Below are positions 10,275-19,133 of a stretch of DNA of 64,000 bases, piece by piece. The notes under the pieces were generated by a model. It searched no databases and had not been told where the DNA came from. It saw nothing but the letters and a program-made list of their open reading frames with translations. This DNA comes from an uncultured Bacteroidota bacterium (GTDB lineage Bacteria > Bacteroidota > Bacteroidia > Flavobacteriales > Flavobacteriaceae). The stretch covers positions 22,399 through 86,398 of the forward strand of contig CACNQM010000006.1 of NCBI GenBank assembly GCA_902622595.1, given 5' to 3'. The first letter of the stretch is position 1. Every line of letters begins with the position of its first letter. The position numbers and the translations under genes are program-made.

Positions 10275-11818
10275 AATGTATAATTTTTAATTAATTTATT
10301 AAAATTTTTTAACTCAGTATCAATCCATACTTGATCTTTCTCTAGAATTTCTGCCATCTTTTTTGCAACACCAGGTGCTATTCTTTTAGATTCATTGGAA
10401 TCTAAGAAAACACATCTAGTTCTTCTGGCTAAAACATCCTCTAAAGTAATTGCCATTTCATGAATTATTGACCATTTAATCATATTATTGGAAATGTAAA
10501 ATTTACTTGATAGTGATTTATTATCTTCTTTCCCTCCCAAAGATTCTACCTTTTTCTTTAGAGAACCATATACATGCATATGGTCAGACCAATCTATATT
10601 TTTTTTATAGCCAAAGAGTTTTGTTTTTTCAGTTCTGCATTTTTTCTTTTTGAGTTTGTTTATCGAAATCGCAGCATCAATTGCATCTTCTGCAATTTTT
10701 CTGTAAGTAGTCCATTTCCCCCCAAGTACGCTTATTAAACCAGAAGGAGAAATATCAATTTTATGACTTCTGGAAACTTCTTTAGTAGACTTCTTATCAG
10801 AAGTTGCTGCAAGTGGTCTTAGTCCTGCAAATACACTTTTTATATCATCTCTCTTTGGCTTAATAGTCATATATTTTCCGGCATTTTTTAAAATAAATTC
10901 AATTTCTTCCTTTAACGGTTTAGGCTCGTCATTTGCATCTTTGATCTGAGTATCAGTTGTTCCAACAACAACATAATTTTTCCACGGAACAGCAAATAAG
11001 ACTCTCCCATCAGAAGTATGCGGAATTAAAATTGCATGTTTACTTTTTAAGAATTTTTTTTCCAAAACTATGTGAACACCCTGACTTGGCTGTATCATTT
11101 TTTCAATTTTAGGTTGATCCATCCTAATAATTTCCTCTGCAAAAACTCCAGTTGCATTAATTACAACTTTACTTTTAACTTGATACTTTTTTGAGTTTAT
11201 TGAATCTGTAAAACTCAATCCAATAATTTCATTATTTTTTTTTATTAAGCCATCTACATTACAATAATTTAATAAAGCAGTTTTCTTTGAATTTGCAGAA
11301 AGTGCTAAAGTGATGGCCATTCTGGAATCATCAAATTGTCCATCGTGATAGATAACTCCACCTCTAAGTCCTTTTTTATTTACATTTGGTATTAATTTTT
11401 CTGTTTCTTTTTTTGAGATTATTACTGATTTTCCCAAACCAAGCTTTCCTGCCATCATATCATAAATTTTCATTCCAATTCCGTAAAAAGGACTAGCCCA
11501 CCAATCGTATGTGGGAATTACAAAGCTTAAATCTTGAACTAAATGAGGAGCATTTCTTTTAAGAATTCCTCTTTCTTTTAGGGATTCAATTACTAGAGTA
11601 ATATCACCATTTTGTAAATACCTAACCCCTCCATGAATAAGTTTTGTGCTTCTTGATGAAGTACCTTTTCCATAGTCATATTTTTCTAGAAGTAATGTTT
11701 TATAACCTCTTTTTGAAGCATCAACAGCAATTCCAAGGCCAGAAGCACCTCCACCTATAATTACAATATCCCATTCAAGAACTTTGTTTAATTTAATAAT
11801 GGAGTCGTTTCTATTCAT
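10271..11818 (-). CDS. glpD: FAD-dependent glycerol-3-phosphate dehydrogenase
   Basis: 515 aa. The dinucleotide motif IIGGGASGLG and the length fit GlpD. It overlaps glpK and glpF by a few nt. Confidence 0.9.
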   Translation of the reverse strand: MNRNDSIIKLNKVLEWDIVIIGGGASGLGIAVDASKRGYKTLLLEKYDYGKGTSSRSTKLIHGGVRYLQNGDITLVIESLKERGILKRNAPHLVQDLSFVIPTYDWWASPFYGIGMKIYDMMAGKLGLGKSVIISKKETEKLIPNVNKKGLRGGVIYHDGQFDDSRMAITLALSANSKKTALLNYCNVDGLIKKNNEIIGLSFTDSINSKKYQVKSKVVINATGVFAEEIIRMDQPKIEKMIQPSQGVHIVLEKKFLKSKHAILIPHTSDGRVLFAVPWKNYVVVGTTDTQIKDANDEPKPLKEEIEFILKNAGKYMTIKPKRDDIKSVFAGLRPLAATSDKKSTKEVSRSHKIDISPSGLISVLGGKWTTYRKIAEDAIDAAISINKLKKKKCRTEKTKLFGYKKNIDWSDHMHVYGSLKKKVESLGGKEDNKSLSSKFYISNNMIKWSIIHEMAITLEDVLARRTRCVFLDSNESKRIAPGVAKKMAEILEKDQVWIDTELKNFNKLIKNYTL

Positions 11819-13298
11819 TATCCTTAAGAAGTTTTTTTATTCTAATTTCCCAAAGATTAATTATATGTTTTGAATCATTTTTTAAATTTGGGTTAAAAGA
11901 TTTATCCTCTATCCATAAATCATTTAAATCTGAAATATTTTTCCAAAAACCAGAAGCTAGTCCAGCTAAAAAAGCCACTCCAAGTGCTGTTGTCTCAGTA
12001 GTTTTAGGTCTTACTACATTGGTTTGTAATAAATCAGATTGTATCTGCATTAAAAGATTATTTTTACTAGCTCCACCATCTACTTTTAAGTTTGTGAATT
12101 TTATCTTTGCATCTTTTTGCATTTCAATAATTATGTCTCTTGTCCTAAGAGCAATTGATTCAAGTGCTGCTCTTGCTATATGTCCATTTTCAGTTCCTCT
12201 GGTTATACCAAATATTGTTCCCTGTGCATAAGGATCCCAATAGGGAGCAGCTAAACCAGATAATGCTGGTATAAAAGTTACACCACCGTTGTCTTCTACT
12301 GTATTTGCAAGATTTTCAACTTCAGATGCATCCTTTATAATACCTAATTTATCCCTAAGCCATTGAATAAGAGCACCAGCTACGAAGACACTTCCTTCAA
12401 GTGCATAAGTAAGTTCTCCGTTTATCCTCCAAGCAATTGTTGAAAGCATTTTATTTTTTGATTTTACTGATGATTTTCCTGTGTTCATTATACAGAAACA
12501 ACCTGTACCATATGTGTTTTTTACATCCCCAGGATTAACACATAACTGACCAAATAATGCAGCTTGTTGATCACCAGCTATTCCAGCAATTGGAATTTTA
12601 CTACCAATGATTTGGTTATCTATGTATGCTGATATTGCAGATGAATCTACAACTTCTGGTAATATATTTCTTGGAACATCAAAAATTTCCAGTAACTCAT
12701 CATCCCATTTATCGATCTTTATATTATAAAGAAGAGTTCTACTTGCATTAGAAGGATCGGTTATATGATGTCTTCCTTTGGTCAAATTCCATATTAACCA
12801 AGTATCTATTGTACCAAATATAAGTTGGCCCTTCTCAGCTTGTTCTCTAATCTCCCTTTTACTATCTAGAATCCATTTTATTTTTGTTCCGGAAAAGTAT
12901 GCGTCAATAACCAATCCAGTTTTATTTTGAATCAGTTCACTTTTATTATCTTCTTTTAGCTTGTCACAAAAGCTTGCAGTCCTTCTATCTTGCCATACAA
13001 TTGCATTATAAACTGGTTGCCCATTATCTTTATTCCAAATAACTGTTGTTTCTCTTTGATTAGTTATTCCTATTGAGTCAATACTTTTTGGATTAATTTT
13101 TGATTTACTAATTACATCTTTTATAGCCTTAAGTTGAGTATTCCATATTTCAGTAGCATCATGTTCTACCCAACCTTCCTTAGGAAAAAATTGACTGAAC
13201 TCATATTGGGCAATTTCAATTACCTCAGCCCTTTTATTAAAAATAATTGCTCTAGAACTTGTAGTTCCTGCATCAATAGCCAATATAAACTTGTCCAT
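11811..13298 (-). CDS. glpK: glycerol kinase
   Basis: FGGY kinase with N-terminus MDKFILAIDAGTTSSRAI. The track ORF is extended to a TTG at 13346 across a terminator hairpin, so the ATG at 13298 is preferred. Confidence 0.95.
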   Translation of the reverse strand: MDKFILAIDAGTTSSRAIIFNKRAEVIEIAQYEFSQFFPKEGWVEHDATEIWNTQLKAIKDVISKSKINPKSIDSIGITNQRETTVIWNKDNGQPVYNAIVWQDRRTASFCDKLKEDNKSELIQNKTGLVIDAYFSGTKIKWILDSKREIREQAEKGQLIFGTIDTWLIWNLTKGRHHITDPSNASRTLLYNIKIDKWDDELLEIFDVPRNILPEVVDSSAISAYIDNQIIGSKIPIAGIAGDQQAALFGQLCVNPGDVKNTYGTGCFCIMNTGKSSVKSKNKMLSTIAWRINGELTYALEGSVFVAGALIQWLRDKLGIIKDASEVENLANTVEDNGGVTFIPALSGLAAPYWDPYAQGTIFGITRGTENGHIARAALESIALRTRDIIIEMQKDAKIKFTNLKVDGGASKNNLLMQIQSDLLQTNVVRPKTTETTALGVAFLAGLASGFWKNISDLNDLWIEDKSFNPNLKNDSKHIINLWEIRIKKLLKDNE

Positions 13299-13317
13299 AA
13301 ATTCTTTATTGCAATTT

Positions 13318-13343
13318 AAAAAAAAACCCTCCAATGGAGGGTT
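13318..13343 (-). terminator. intrinsic terminator after secreted paralog A
   Basis: 8-bp GC-containing stem AACCCTCC/GGAGGGTT with a 3-nt loop. Read on the minus strand it is followed by a U-run of about 9. Confidence 0.75.
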
Positions 13344-13377
13344 CAATTTTTAATAGATTTATACTGTTAAAATAAAT

Positions 13378-14073
13378 CTAGTCCCAGTATCCACCATTTT
13401 GTGTTGTTACTGATCCTCTATAAGTTGATATAGGGTTAACTCTTTTAAAAAACTTTTCAAAGGCAGCCTGTTCAGAAGCATTCTTTGGTCCAGTATTTAA
13501 TTGTGAGACATAATTTGGATAATTAGCATAAATGTAGTGAGTCCTTCCTGATTCTCCAGCCGTGTATTGACCTAAAGAAACATATCCATCTGTTTCTATA
13601 GAATCCATTAGCTCAGCAAAAGCTTCTCCAAATTCTCTCTGATCCTCAACATAAAAAGACCATTCCTGAGAGGAATATACATCTTGACCTTGTTCACCAG
13701 GAATTCTAATTAAAGTTTTACCTTGAGTTATAGAAACTATCTCTGCAACTTGAGTAATATTTCTATTGTATGCAGAATATGTTTCACCTGATCTTAAATC
13801 TCTTAACTTAGATAAAGCTTCAGCACTTCCGATAAAATTTAAAATATGAGTAGCCTCATTCCACTGAGATGCATTTACAACACCTGCAAGGGTTACAGAG
13901 GCACCATCTGGTATTTCAATACTTGAATAAAAATCATCAACTAATTGATATACAATTCCTGCACTTCCAGATTCAACAGCTATTGCTACTTCCTCCCAGT
14001 GCACTTGATCTTGAGCATGAGCTTTATTTATAAAAGCTATCAAGGCTAAAGAAATAAAAAATATTTTTTTCAT
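13378..14073 (-). CDS. secreted protein of unknown function, paralog A
   Basis: 231 aa. Signal peptide ending AHA|QD. Shares DDFYSSIEIPDG, ATHILN, GYVSLGQ and THYIY motifs with 22370..23065. Confidence 0.85.
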   Translation of the reverse strand: MKKIFFISLALIAFINKAHAQDQVHWEEVAIAVESGSAGIVYQLVDDFYSSIEIPDGASVTLAGVVNASQWNEATHILNFIGSAEALSKLRDLRSGETYSAYNRNITQVAEIVSITQGKTLIRIPGEQGQDVYSSQEWSFYVEDQREFGEAFAELMDSIETDGYVSLGQYTAGESGRTHYIYANYPNYVSQLNTGPKNASEQAAFEKFFKRVNPISTYRGSVTTQNGGYWD

Positions 14074-14097
14074 TTTAATTTGATTTATGATTAATTG

Positions 14098-14105
14098 CTA
14101 ATATA
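14098..14105 (-). promoter_or_regulatory. near-consensus -7 box TATATTAG in the conserved 5' region of paralog A
   Basis: One mismatch to TAnnTTTG. It lies 24 nt upstream of the ATG. The same sequence and spacing occur upstream of paralog B. Confidence 0.3.
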
Positions 14106-14131
14106 AAAAAAACCCCTTATAAAAGGGGTTT
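14105..14131 (-). terminator. intrinsic terminator after secreted paralog B
   Basis: Stem AACCCCTT/AAGGGGTT with a 4-nt loop, followed on the minus strand by a U-run. Confidence 0.75.
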
Positions 14132-14150
14132 AAATTTTATCAGAAACTGA

Positions 14151-14843
14151 TTAGTTATAATTTTTAATAGTTCTGCTACCAAATCCAAATACAAATTCAA
14201 AAGAACCAGAAGCATCTACTCCAAATTGACCTGCTGCGCCAGAATTAATAAATTCAGATCTTCCCTCTAAAAAGTCTGCAAGATTATTAGCTCTAACAAC
14301 CCAATAATGAGTTACTCCTTCCTCTGCACCAAGGACTGCATCGTGTAATTCAAAAGATCCTTCATCAAAATCTATCGAATTCATCATCTTACCAAAAGCA
14401 GATCCAAATTTTTGTACATCAGTTACATTAATTGCAAATACAGCTTGAAAGTCAGACTCTAAATTAGATGGATCAAAAATAATTGGTTGTCCAAGAACTA
14501 TCTGCTCAACCTCAACAAAGTCTTGGAAAGTATTAAAGAAGACGACTCCTTCAACAGTCGGAGGATTTCCGCCTACACCCCATTGAGCAAAGTCCTCTGC
14601 CGACTCACCCAAAAAACACAGCTGATGTGAGAAGTTAACATCACTATTACCAAATTGTGTTTCAAATAAAGTTACAGTATATGGAAAATCATCAAATGAC
14701 TCCATTAGATTATCTAAAGATTCAATAAATTTTTCTTGACCCTCGGATTCAACGCTAACATTTAAACAAACCCAAGTGGGAGTCTGAGCGTTTAAATTGA
14801 CACTTGTTAAGATAACAAGTAATAGTAAAATAAATTTTTTCAT
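14151..14843 (-). CDS. secreted protein of unknown function, divergent paralog B
   Basis: 230 aa. Signal peptide ending LNA|QT. The C-terminal half (KFGSAFGKMMNSI...GVTHYWVV) aligns with paralogs A and C. Confidence 0.8.
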   Translation of the reverse strand: MKKFILLLLVILTSVNLNAQTPTWVCLNVSVESEGQEKFIESLDNLMESFDDFPYTVTLFETQFGNSDVNFSHQLCFLGESAEDFAQWGVGGNPPTVEGVVFFNTFQDFVEVEQIVLGQPIIFDPSNLESDFQAVFAINVTDVQKFGSAFGKMMNSIDFDEGSFELHDAVLGAEEGVTHYWVVRANNLADFLEGRSEFINSGAAGQFGVDASGSFEFVFGFGSRTIKNYN

Positions 14844-14868
14844 TTTAATTGATTTATAGTTAATGATG

Positions 14869-14876
14869 CTAATATA
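14869..14876 (-). promoter_or_regulatory. near-consensus -7 box TATATTAG in the conserved 5' region of paralog B
   Basis: Same box and spacing (25 nt to the ATG) as upstream of paralog A. About 40 nt of 5' sequence is conserved between the two. Confidence 0.3.
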
Positions 14877-14966
14877 AAAAAAGTTACTAAAGAATTAGCT
14901 CTTCAACTGTTTTTGCTGTAAAACTTGTAATAAACTTTTATTAATAAATTAACTTTAGGAATAAAT

Positions 14967-15731
14967 CTATCTTAAAAAGCTTCCGCCATTTACATCAATT
15001 GTTGAGCCAGTTGAATGATCCATTTTAGCTGAAACTATTAATGATACTAATGGTGATATATCTTTTGGTTCTGTAAGCCTGTCTAAAGTAATTCCCTGTC
15101 TTACAACATCCTCACCATGTTTATCAATAAAACTTTGTGCCATTTCAGTCCTTACAAATCCAGGTGCAATACTAATTGCTACAATATTATCTGATTCCCC
15201 AAATGATCTTGACATAGTTTTTGTTAGTGAAATAATTCCACCTTTAGAGCATGCATAAGAGATATAGTCTTGTTGTTCTCCCCTAAACGCAGCCCTAGAT
15301 GCAATATTTATAATTCTTAATCTTGAATTGATTTTTTTCTCTCTTTTATATTTAAGAAATTCTTTAAAAATCAATGTAGGTGCTTTAAGATTTACATCAA
15401 TTGTTTTATCAAACATGTTACTCCAACTATTAATGTCAAGTGAGATATCTGCTGATTCAGCAATACCTGCATTATTAATTATACAGTCAGGAAAAGATAA
15501 TTTATCGATTGTATTCACAACCATTTTTTTTATTTCATCTTTATTTGAAAGGTCGGCCTGAATAGAAAATGAACCTTTTTTATCCTTTTTCAACAATGCT
15601 TCTAAAGGAGATTTATTTTTATTGTAATGAAGAGCAAGTTGGTGTCCCTCAGCTAAAAGATCCTCAGCTATTTTGTTTCCGATACCTTTTGATGATCCTG
15701 TTAAAAGTACTTTCATTTTTGTATTATTCAA
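14967..15731 (-). CDS. SDR family oxidoreductase
   Basis: 254 aa with TGSSKGIG, NNAG and YACSK motifs. Confidence 0.88.
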   Translation of the reverse strand: MNNTKMKVLLTGSSKGIGNKIAEDLLAEGHQLALHYNKNKSPLEALLKKDKKGSFSIQADLSNKDEIKKMVVNTIDKLSFPDCIINNAGIAESADISLDINSWSNMFDKTIDVNLKAPTLIFKEFLKYKREKKINSRLRIINIASRAAFRGEQQDYISYACSKGGIISLTKTMSRSFGESDNIVAISIAPGFVRTEMAQSFIDKHGEDVVRQGITLDRLTEPKDISPLVSLIVSAKMDHSTGSTIDVNGGSFLR

Positions 15732-15833
15732 ACCGTGCTATGAAGATATTAACCTTACAAGAAATATTAATTAAATTTATTTCATAAATTAAACTAACTA
15801 GCAAAATTTAATTTTAAAGTTATTAAAATTAGA

Positions 15834-17225
15834 ATGTTAAAAAGAATTATATACTTAATAATATTACTAGTCATTTTTTCATGTGAAAAAAATAATAATA
15901 GACCAAATATTGTCTTCATTTTAACTGACGACCTTGGATATGGTGACCTATCATCTTATGGATCAGAAACAATAAATACAATTAATATTGATAAACTTGC
16001 TGAGGATGGAGTTAAATTAACGTCTTATTATGCTGCTCAACCAGTTTGTTCAGCGTCAAGAGCAGCTATACTAACTGGTGTATATCCAAATAGAATAGGG
16101 ATTTATAATGCCTTTGGGCCTACATCAGATTCAGGCATCAATTCTAATGAATATACCCTGGCTGAGATGTTAAAAGATAATGGTTATGAAACAGGAATTT
16201 TCGGTAAATGGCATCTTGGAAGCAAGAAAGAATTCTTTCCTACAAATCATGGATTTGATGAATTTTATGGAATATTGTATTCAAATGATATGTGGAGATG
16301 GCATCCAGAAAATCCTGAGGGATACCCACAAGATTTACTTTTATACAGAAATGAAAATCCCTTAAAAGAGATAATAGATCAGTCTAACTTAACAAAAGAT
16401 ATTACAACTGAGAGTATAAACTTTATCGAAAAGAATAAGGATAATTCTTTCTTTCTCTATATTGCCCATCCTCAGCCTCACGTTCCACTTTTTGTATCAG
16501 AAGATTTTGAAGATTTAACTGGAAATGGACTCTACGCTGATGTTATAACTGAAATTGATTATTCAGTGGGAAGGGTTTTAGATAAAATAGAAGAGAGTGG
16601 TCTAACTGAAAACACAATTGTTGTTTTTACATCCGATAATGGACCTTGGCTCTCTTATGGAGATCATGCAGGCTCATCAGGAATTTATAGAGAAGGTAAG
16701 GGTACTACGTGGGAAGGTGGAGTTAGAGTTCCTAGCATTATAAAGTTTACCAATGGATTAAAGCCATCAATTATTGATGAACCAGTAATGGCAATTGATT
16801 GGATGCCAACTTTTGCAAATATTACCAGGTCTAAATTGTCACAAAATAAAATTGATGGTAAAGATATCTGGCCATTATTATCTGGTGAAGTAAAACAAAC
16901 ACCTCATCAAGAATTATACTTCTATCACAGGGTTAATGAACTCCATTCAATTAGAATGAATAATTGGAAAATTCAATTCTCTAGGACTTATAGATCACTT
17001 AATGGAAGAGCTGGAGGTAAAGATGGAATCCCAGTTAAATATGATATGAACTTAATTGAAAAAAATGAATTATATAATCTAAAAGATGATCCACAAGAAA
17101 AAATTAATGTTTATGATAGTTTTCCAGAAATTGCAAAAAAAATGGAGGAATTAGGTGACAAAGCGAGGATTAAACTTGGTGATAATCTAATGGGAATTAA
17201 GGGTAAAGAAAATAGAGGAGAATAA
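15834..17225 (+). CDS. sulfatase (arylsulfatase A family, Cys-type)
   Basis: 463 aa. LTDDLGYGD, formylglycine motif CSASRAAILTG (C-x-A-x-R), and GKWHLG. Lipoprotein-like leader ending FSC. Confidence 0.88.
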   Translation: MLKRIIYLIILLVIFSCEKNNNRPNIVFILTDDLGYGDLSSYGSETINTINIDKLAEDGVKLTSYYAAQPVCSASRAAILTGVYPNRIGIYNAFGPTSDSGINSNEYTLAEMLKDNGYETGIFGKWHLGSKKEFFPTNHGFDEFYGILYSNDMWRWHPENPEGYPQDLLLYRNENPLKEIIDQSNLTKDITTESINFIEKNKDNSFFLYIAHPQPHVPLFVSEDFEDLTGNGLYADVITEIDYSVGRVLDKIEESGLTENTIVVFTSDNGPWLSYGDHAGSSGIYREGKGTTWEGGVRVPSIIKFTNGLKPSIIDEPVMAIDWMPTFANITRSKLSQNKIDGKDIWPLLSGEVKQTPHQELYFYHRVNELHSIRMNNWKIQFSRTYRSLNGRAGGKDGIPVKYDMNLIEKNELYNLKDDPQEKINVYDSFPEIAKKMEELGDKARIKLGDNLMGIKGKENRGE

Positions 17226-17229
17226 TATG

Positions 17230-17304
17230 TGGGCGCTGAGGGATTCGAACCCCCGACCCCCTCGGTGTAAACGAGGTGCTCTAAACCAACTGAGCTAAGC
17301 GCCC
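17230..17304 (-). tRNA. tRNA-Val (anticodon UAC)
   Basis: The reverse complement folds as a cloverleaf: acceptor GGGCGCT/AGCGCCC, D stem GCTC/GAGC, anticodon stem CCTCG/CGAGG with loop TTTACAC, and T loop TTCGAAT. No encoded CCA. Confidence 0.93.
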
Positions 17305-17318
17305 TATATAATCGGAAG

Positions 17319-17326
17319 CAAATATA
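17319..17326 (-). promoter_or_regulatory. candidate -7 promoter box TATATTTG upstream of tRNA-Val
   Basis: Exact TAnnTTTG on the minus strand, 14 nt upstream of the mature tRNA 5' end. Confidence 0.45.
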
Positions 17327-17370
17327 GTTTATTTTAAATTTCCTATCATATACTTTTTTAATTTAGTTAA

Positions 17371-18261
17371 ATGGAAAATAATATCAAGCTTTTAGATGGA
17401 AGCATGTCCTACCCATTAGAGTTAGATGGATATAATCTTAACAATAGACTTTGGACTGGAGATGCTTTAATCAATAATCCTGAAGTCATTAAAAAAATTC
17501 ATAAAGGCTATATTAATTCAGGTGCTGATTATTTATTGACTTCTACATATCAAATTAGCTATGACATACTTAAAGAAATAGGAATTAATTCAGAAGAAAT
17601 AAAAGAATTATTTCAAAGATCTTTAGATCTAGCTAAAGAGGCCATAGTTGAAGCTAATACAAAAAAAGATATAAAAGTTGTAGCTAGTTTAGGTCCTTTT
17701 GCATCTTATAAGAAAAATGCCTCAGAGTATATTGGTATATATGATTCTACTGATGATGAAATTTATAATTTTCATAACAATAATCTTAACATAATTAAAG
17801 GGATTGACTACGAAATTATTTTATATGAAACTATACCTTGTTTAAGAGAAATCAAAATACTCTCCATGATTTTTGATAAACTAGATAAAGAAATATGGGT
17901 TTCTATGACATGTAATGATGATATTAATTTTAGGGATGGTTCATCAATTTCAGAAGCTTGTAATATACTATCTGAGTTTGATCATATTACTACTCTTGGT
18001 CTCAATTGTTTTTCACCACTATATGTTGAAGACGCATGTAAAAAGTTAAAAAATAATACAAAAAAGAATATTATTATTTACCCTAACTCAGGTGAAATTT
18101 ATAATCCTGAAGAAAAAATTTGGACTGGAAATAAATTATATGAAGACAAAATGATTAAAAAATGGTTAAGTTTATCACCTGATATTATAGGTGGATGTTG
18201 TAGAGTTGGGTATGATGATATTAAAAAAATGAGACAAGAAATAGATAACTATGAAAAATAG
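17371..18261 (+). CDS. mmuM: homocysteine S-methyltransferase
   Basis: 296 aa. Zinc-binding cysteine contexts GLNC and GGCCRVG, and an N-terminal LLDGSM motif. Confidence 0.85.
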   Translation: MENNIKLLDGSMSYPLELDGYNLNNRLWTGDALINNPEVIKKIHKGYINSGADYLLTSTYQISYDILKEIGINSEEIKELFQRSLDLAKEAIVEANTKKDIKVVASLGPFASYKKNASEYIGIYDSTDDEIYNFHNNNLNIIKGIDYEIILYETIPCLREIKILSMIFDKLDKEIWVSMTCNDDINFRDGSSISEACNILSEFDHITTLGLNCFSPLYVEDACKKLKNNTKKNIIIYPNSGEIYNPEEKIWTGNKLYEDKMIKKWLSLSPDIIGGCCRVGYDDIKKMRQEIDNYEK

Positions 18262-19090
18262 TTTATTCAATTATATGATAGCCTTTTTTGCTGTTTTGAT
18301 ATCAGTATCACTTGGAATTTTAACAGGAATAGACGAAGTAAGGAATGGAATAATATTGTCTTTTATTATTCATTGGTTACTATTCATTCCTGCATTCATC
18401 TTTAAAACAGAGAAGTTTTATGACTTAACTGGGACTATTTCATACATATCAATAGTATTGTACGTTCTCCTATCATCAAGTAACGGTATTAGTAACTTTG
18501 GAAATATCATAGTTTCATCTTTAATAATTATATGGACTTTAAGATTAGGTACATTTTTATTTATTAGAATAAAAAAAGCAGGTGAGGATAAGAGATTTAG
18601 AGAAATTAAAAAATCATTTAGCTGGTTTTTGATGGCATTTACTGTTTCGGGCATGTGGGTATCTATTTGTACGATTTGTGCGTTAACTGGAATATCAAAT
18701 GGAATAGAACTAACAATGGTTACTTATATTGGCATAATAATATTTATCGTTGGATTTGCAGTAGAGATAATTTCAGATAACCAAAAGACAAATTTTAGAA
18801 AAATTGAAGGTAATAAGGATAAATTCATAACAACGGGATTATGGAAATACTCTAGACATCCTAATTATTTAGGTGAAATAATACTTTGGATAGGAGTGAC
18901 TATAATAAGCTACTCTTCTTTGGAAGTAAATCAACTATTCACTCTTATATCTCCGATATTTACGTATTTACTTCTAGTTCACGTAAGTGGAATTAATTTT
19001 TTGGAAAAGAGTGGAGAAAAAAAATGGGGACATCTTAATGATTATAGAGAATATCAAGAAAAAACTCCAAGATTATTTTGGTTTCTATAA
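18251..19090 (+). CDS. DUF1295 membrane protein (steroid 5-alpha-reductase / ICMT-like fold)
   Basis: 279 aa, multi-TM, with the SRHPNYLGEI motif. It overlaps mmuM by 11 nt. Confidence 0.75.
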   Translation: MKNSLFNYMIAFFAVLISVSLGILTGIDEVRNGIILSFIIHWLLFIPAFIFKTEKFYDLTGTISYISIVLYVLLSSSNGISNFGNIIVSSLIIIWTLRLGTFLFIRIKKAGEDKRFREIKKSFSWFLMAFTVSGMWVSICTICALTGISNGIELTMVTYIGIIIFIVGFAVEIISDNQKTNFRKIEGNKDKFITTGLWKYSRHPNYLGEIILWIGVTIISYSSLEVNQLFTLISPIFTYLLLVHVSGINFLEKSGEKKWGHLNDYREYQEKTPRLFWFL

Positions 19091-19133
19091 CTCTATATAT
19101 TTATAAAATATATTTTAAAAATATAGAGTTTTT
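19089..19133. terminator. AT-rich inverted repeat filling a convergent intergenic gap (possible bidirectional terminator)
   Basis: 10-bp arms AACTCTATAT / ATATAGAGTT separated by 22 AT-rich nt. The repeat spans exactly from one stop codon to the other. Confidence 0.35.

Noticed and set aside
13299-13346. A 16-codon N-terminal extension of glpK from a TTG start (MNPPLEGFFLNCNKEF).
   Set aside because: The extension is encoded by the terminator hairpin of the upstream gene. The canonical GlpK N-terminus MDKFILAIDAGTTS begins at the ATG at 13298.
15834-17225. The lone Cys-type sulfatase as the seed of a sulfated-glycan utilisation locus.
   Set aside because: Its neighbours are an SDR, a tRNA and mmuM. 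There is no SusCD, GH/PL or formylglycine-generating enzyme adjacent. It looks like an isolated gene.
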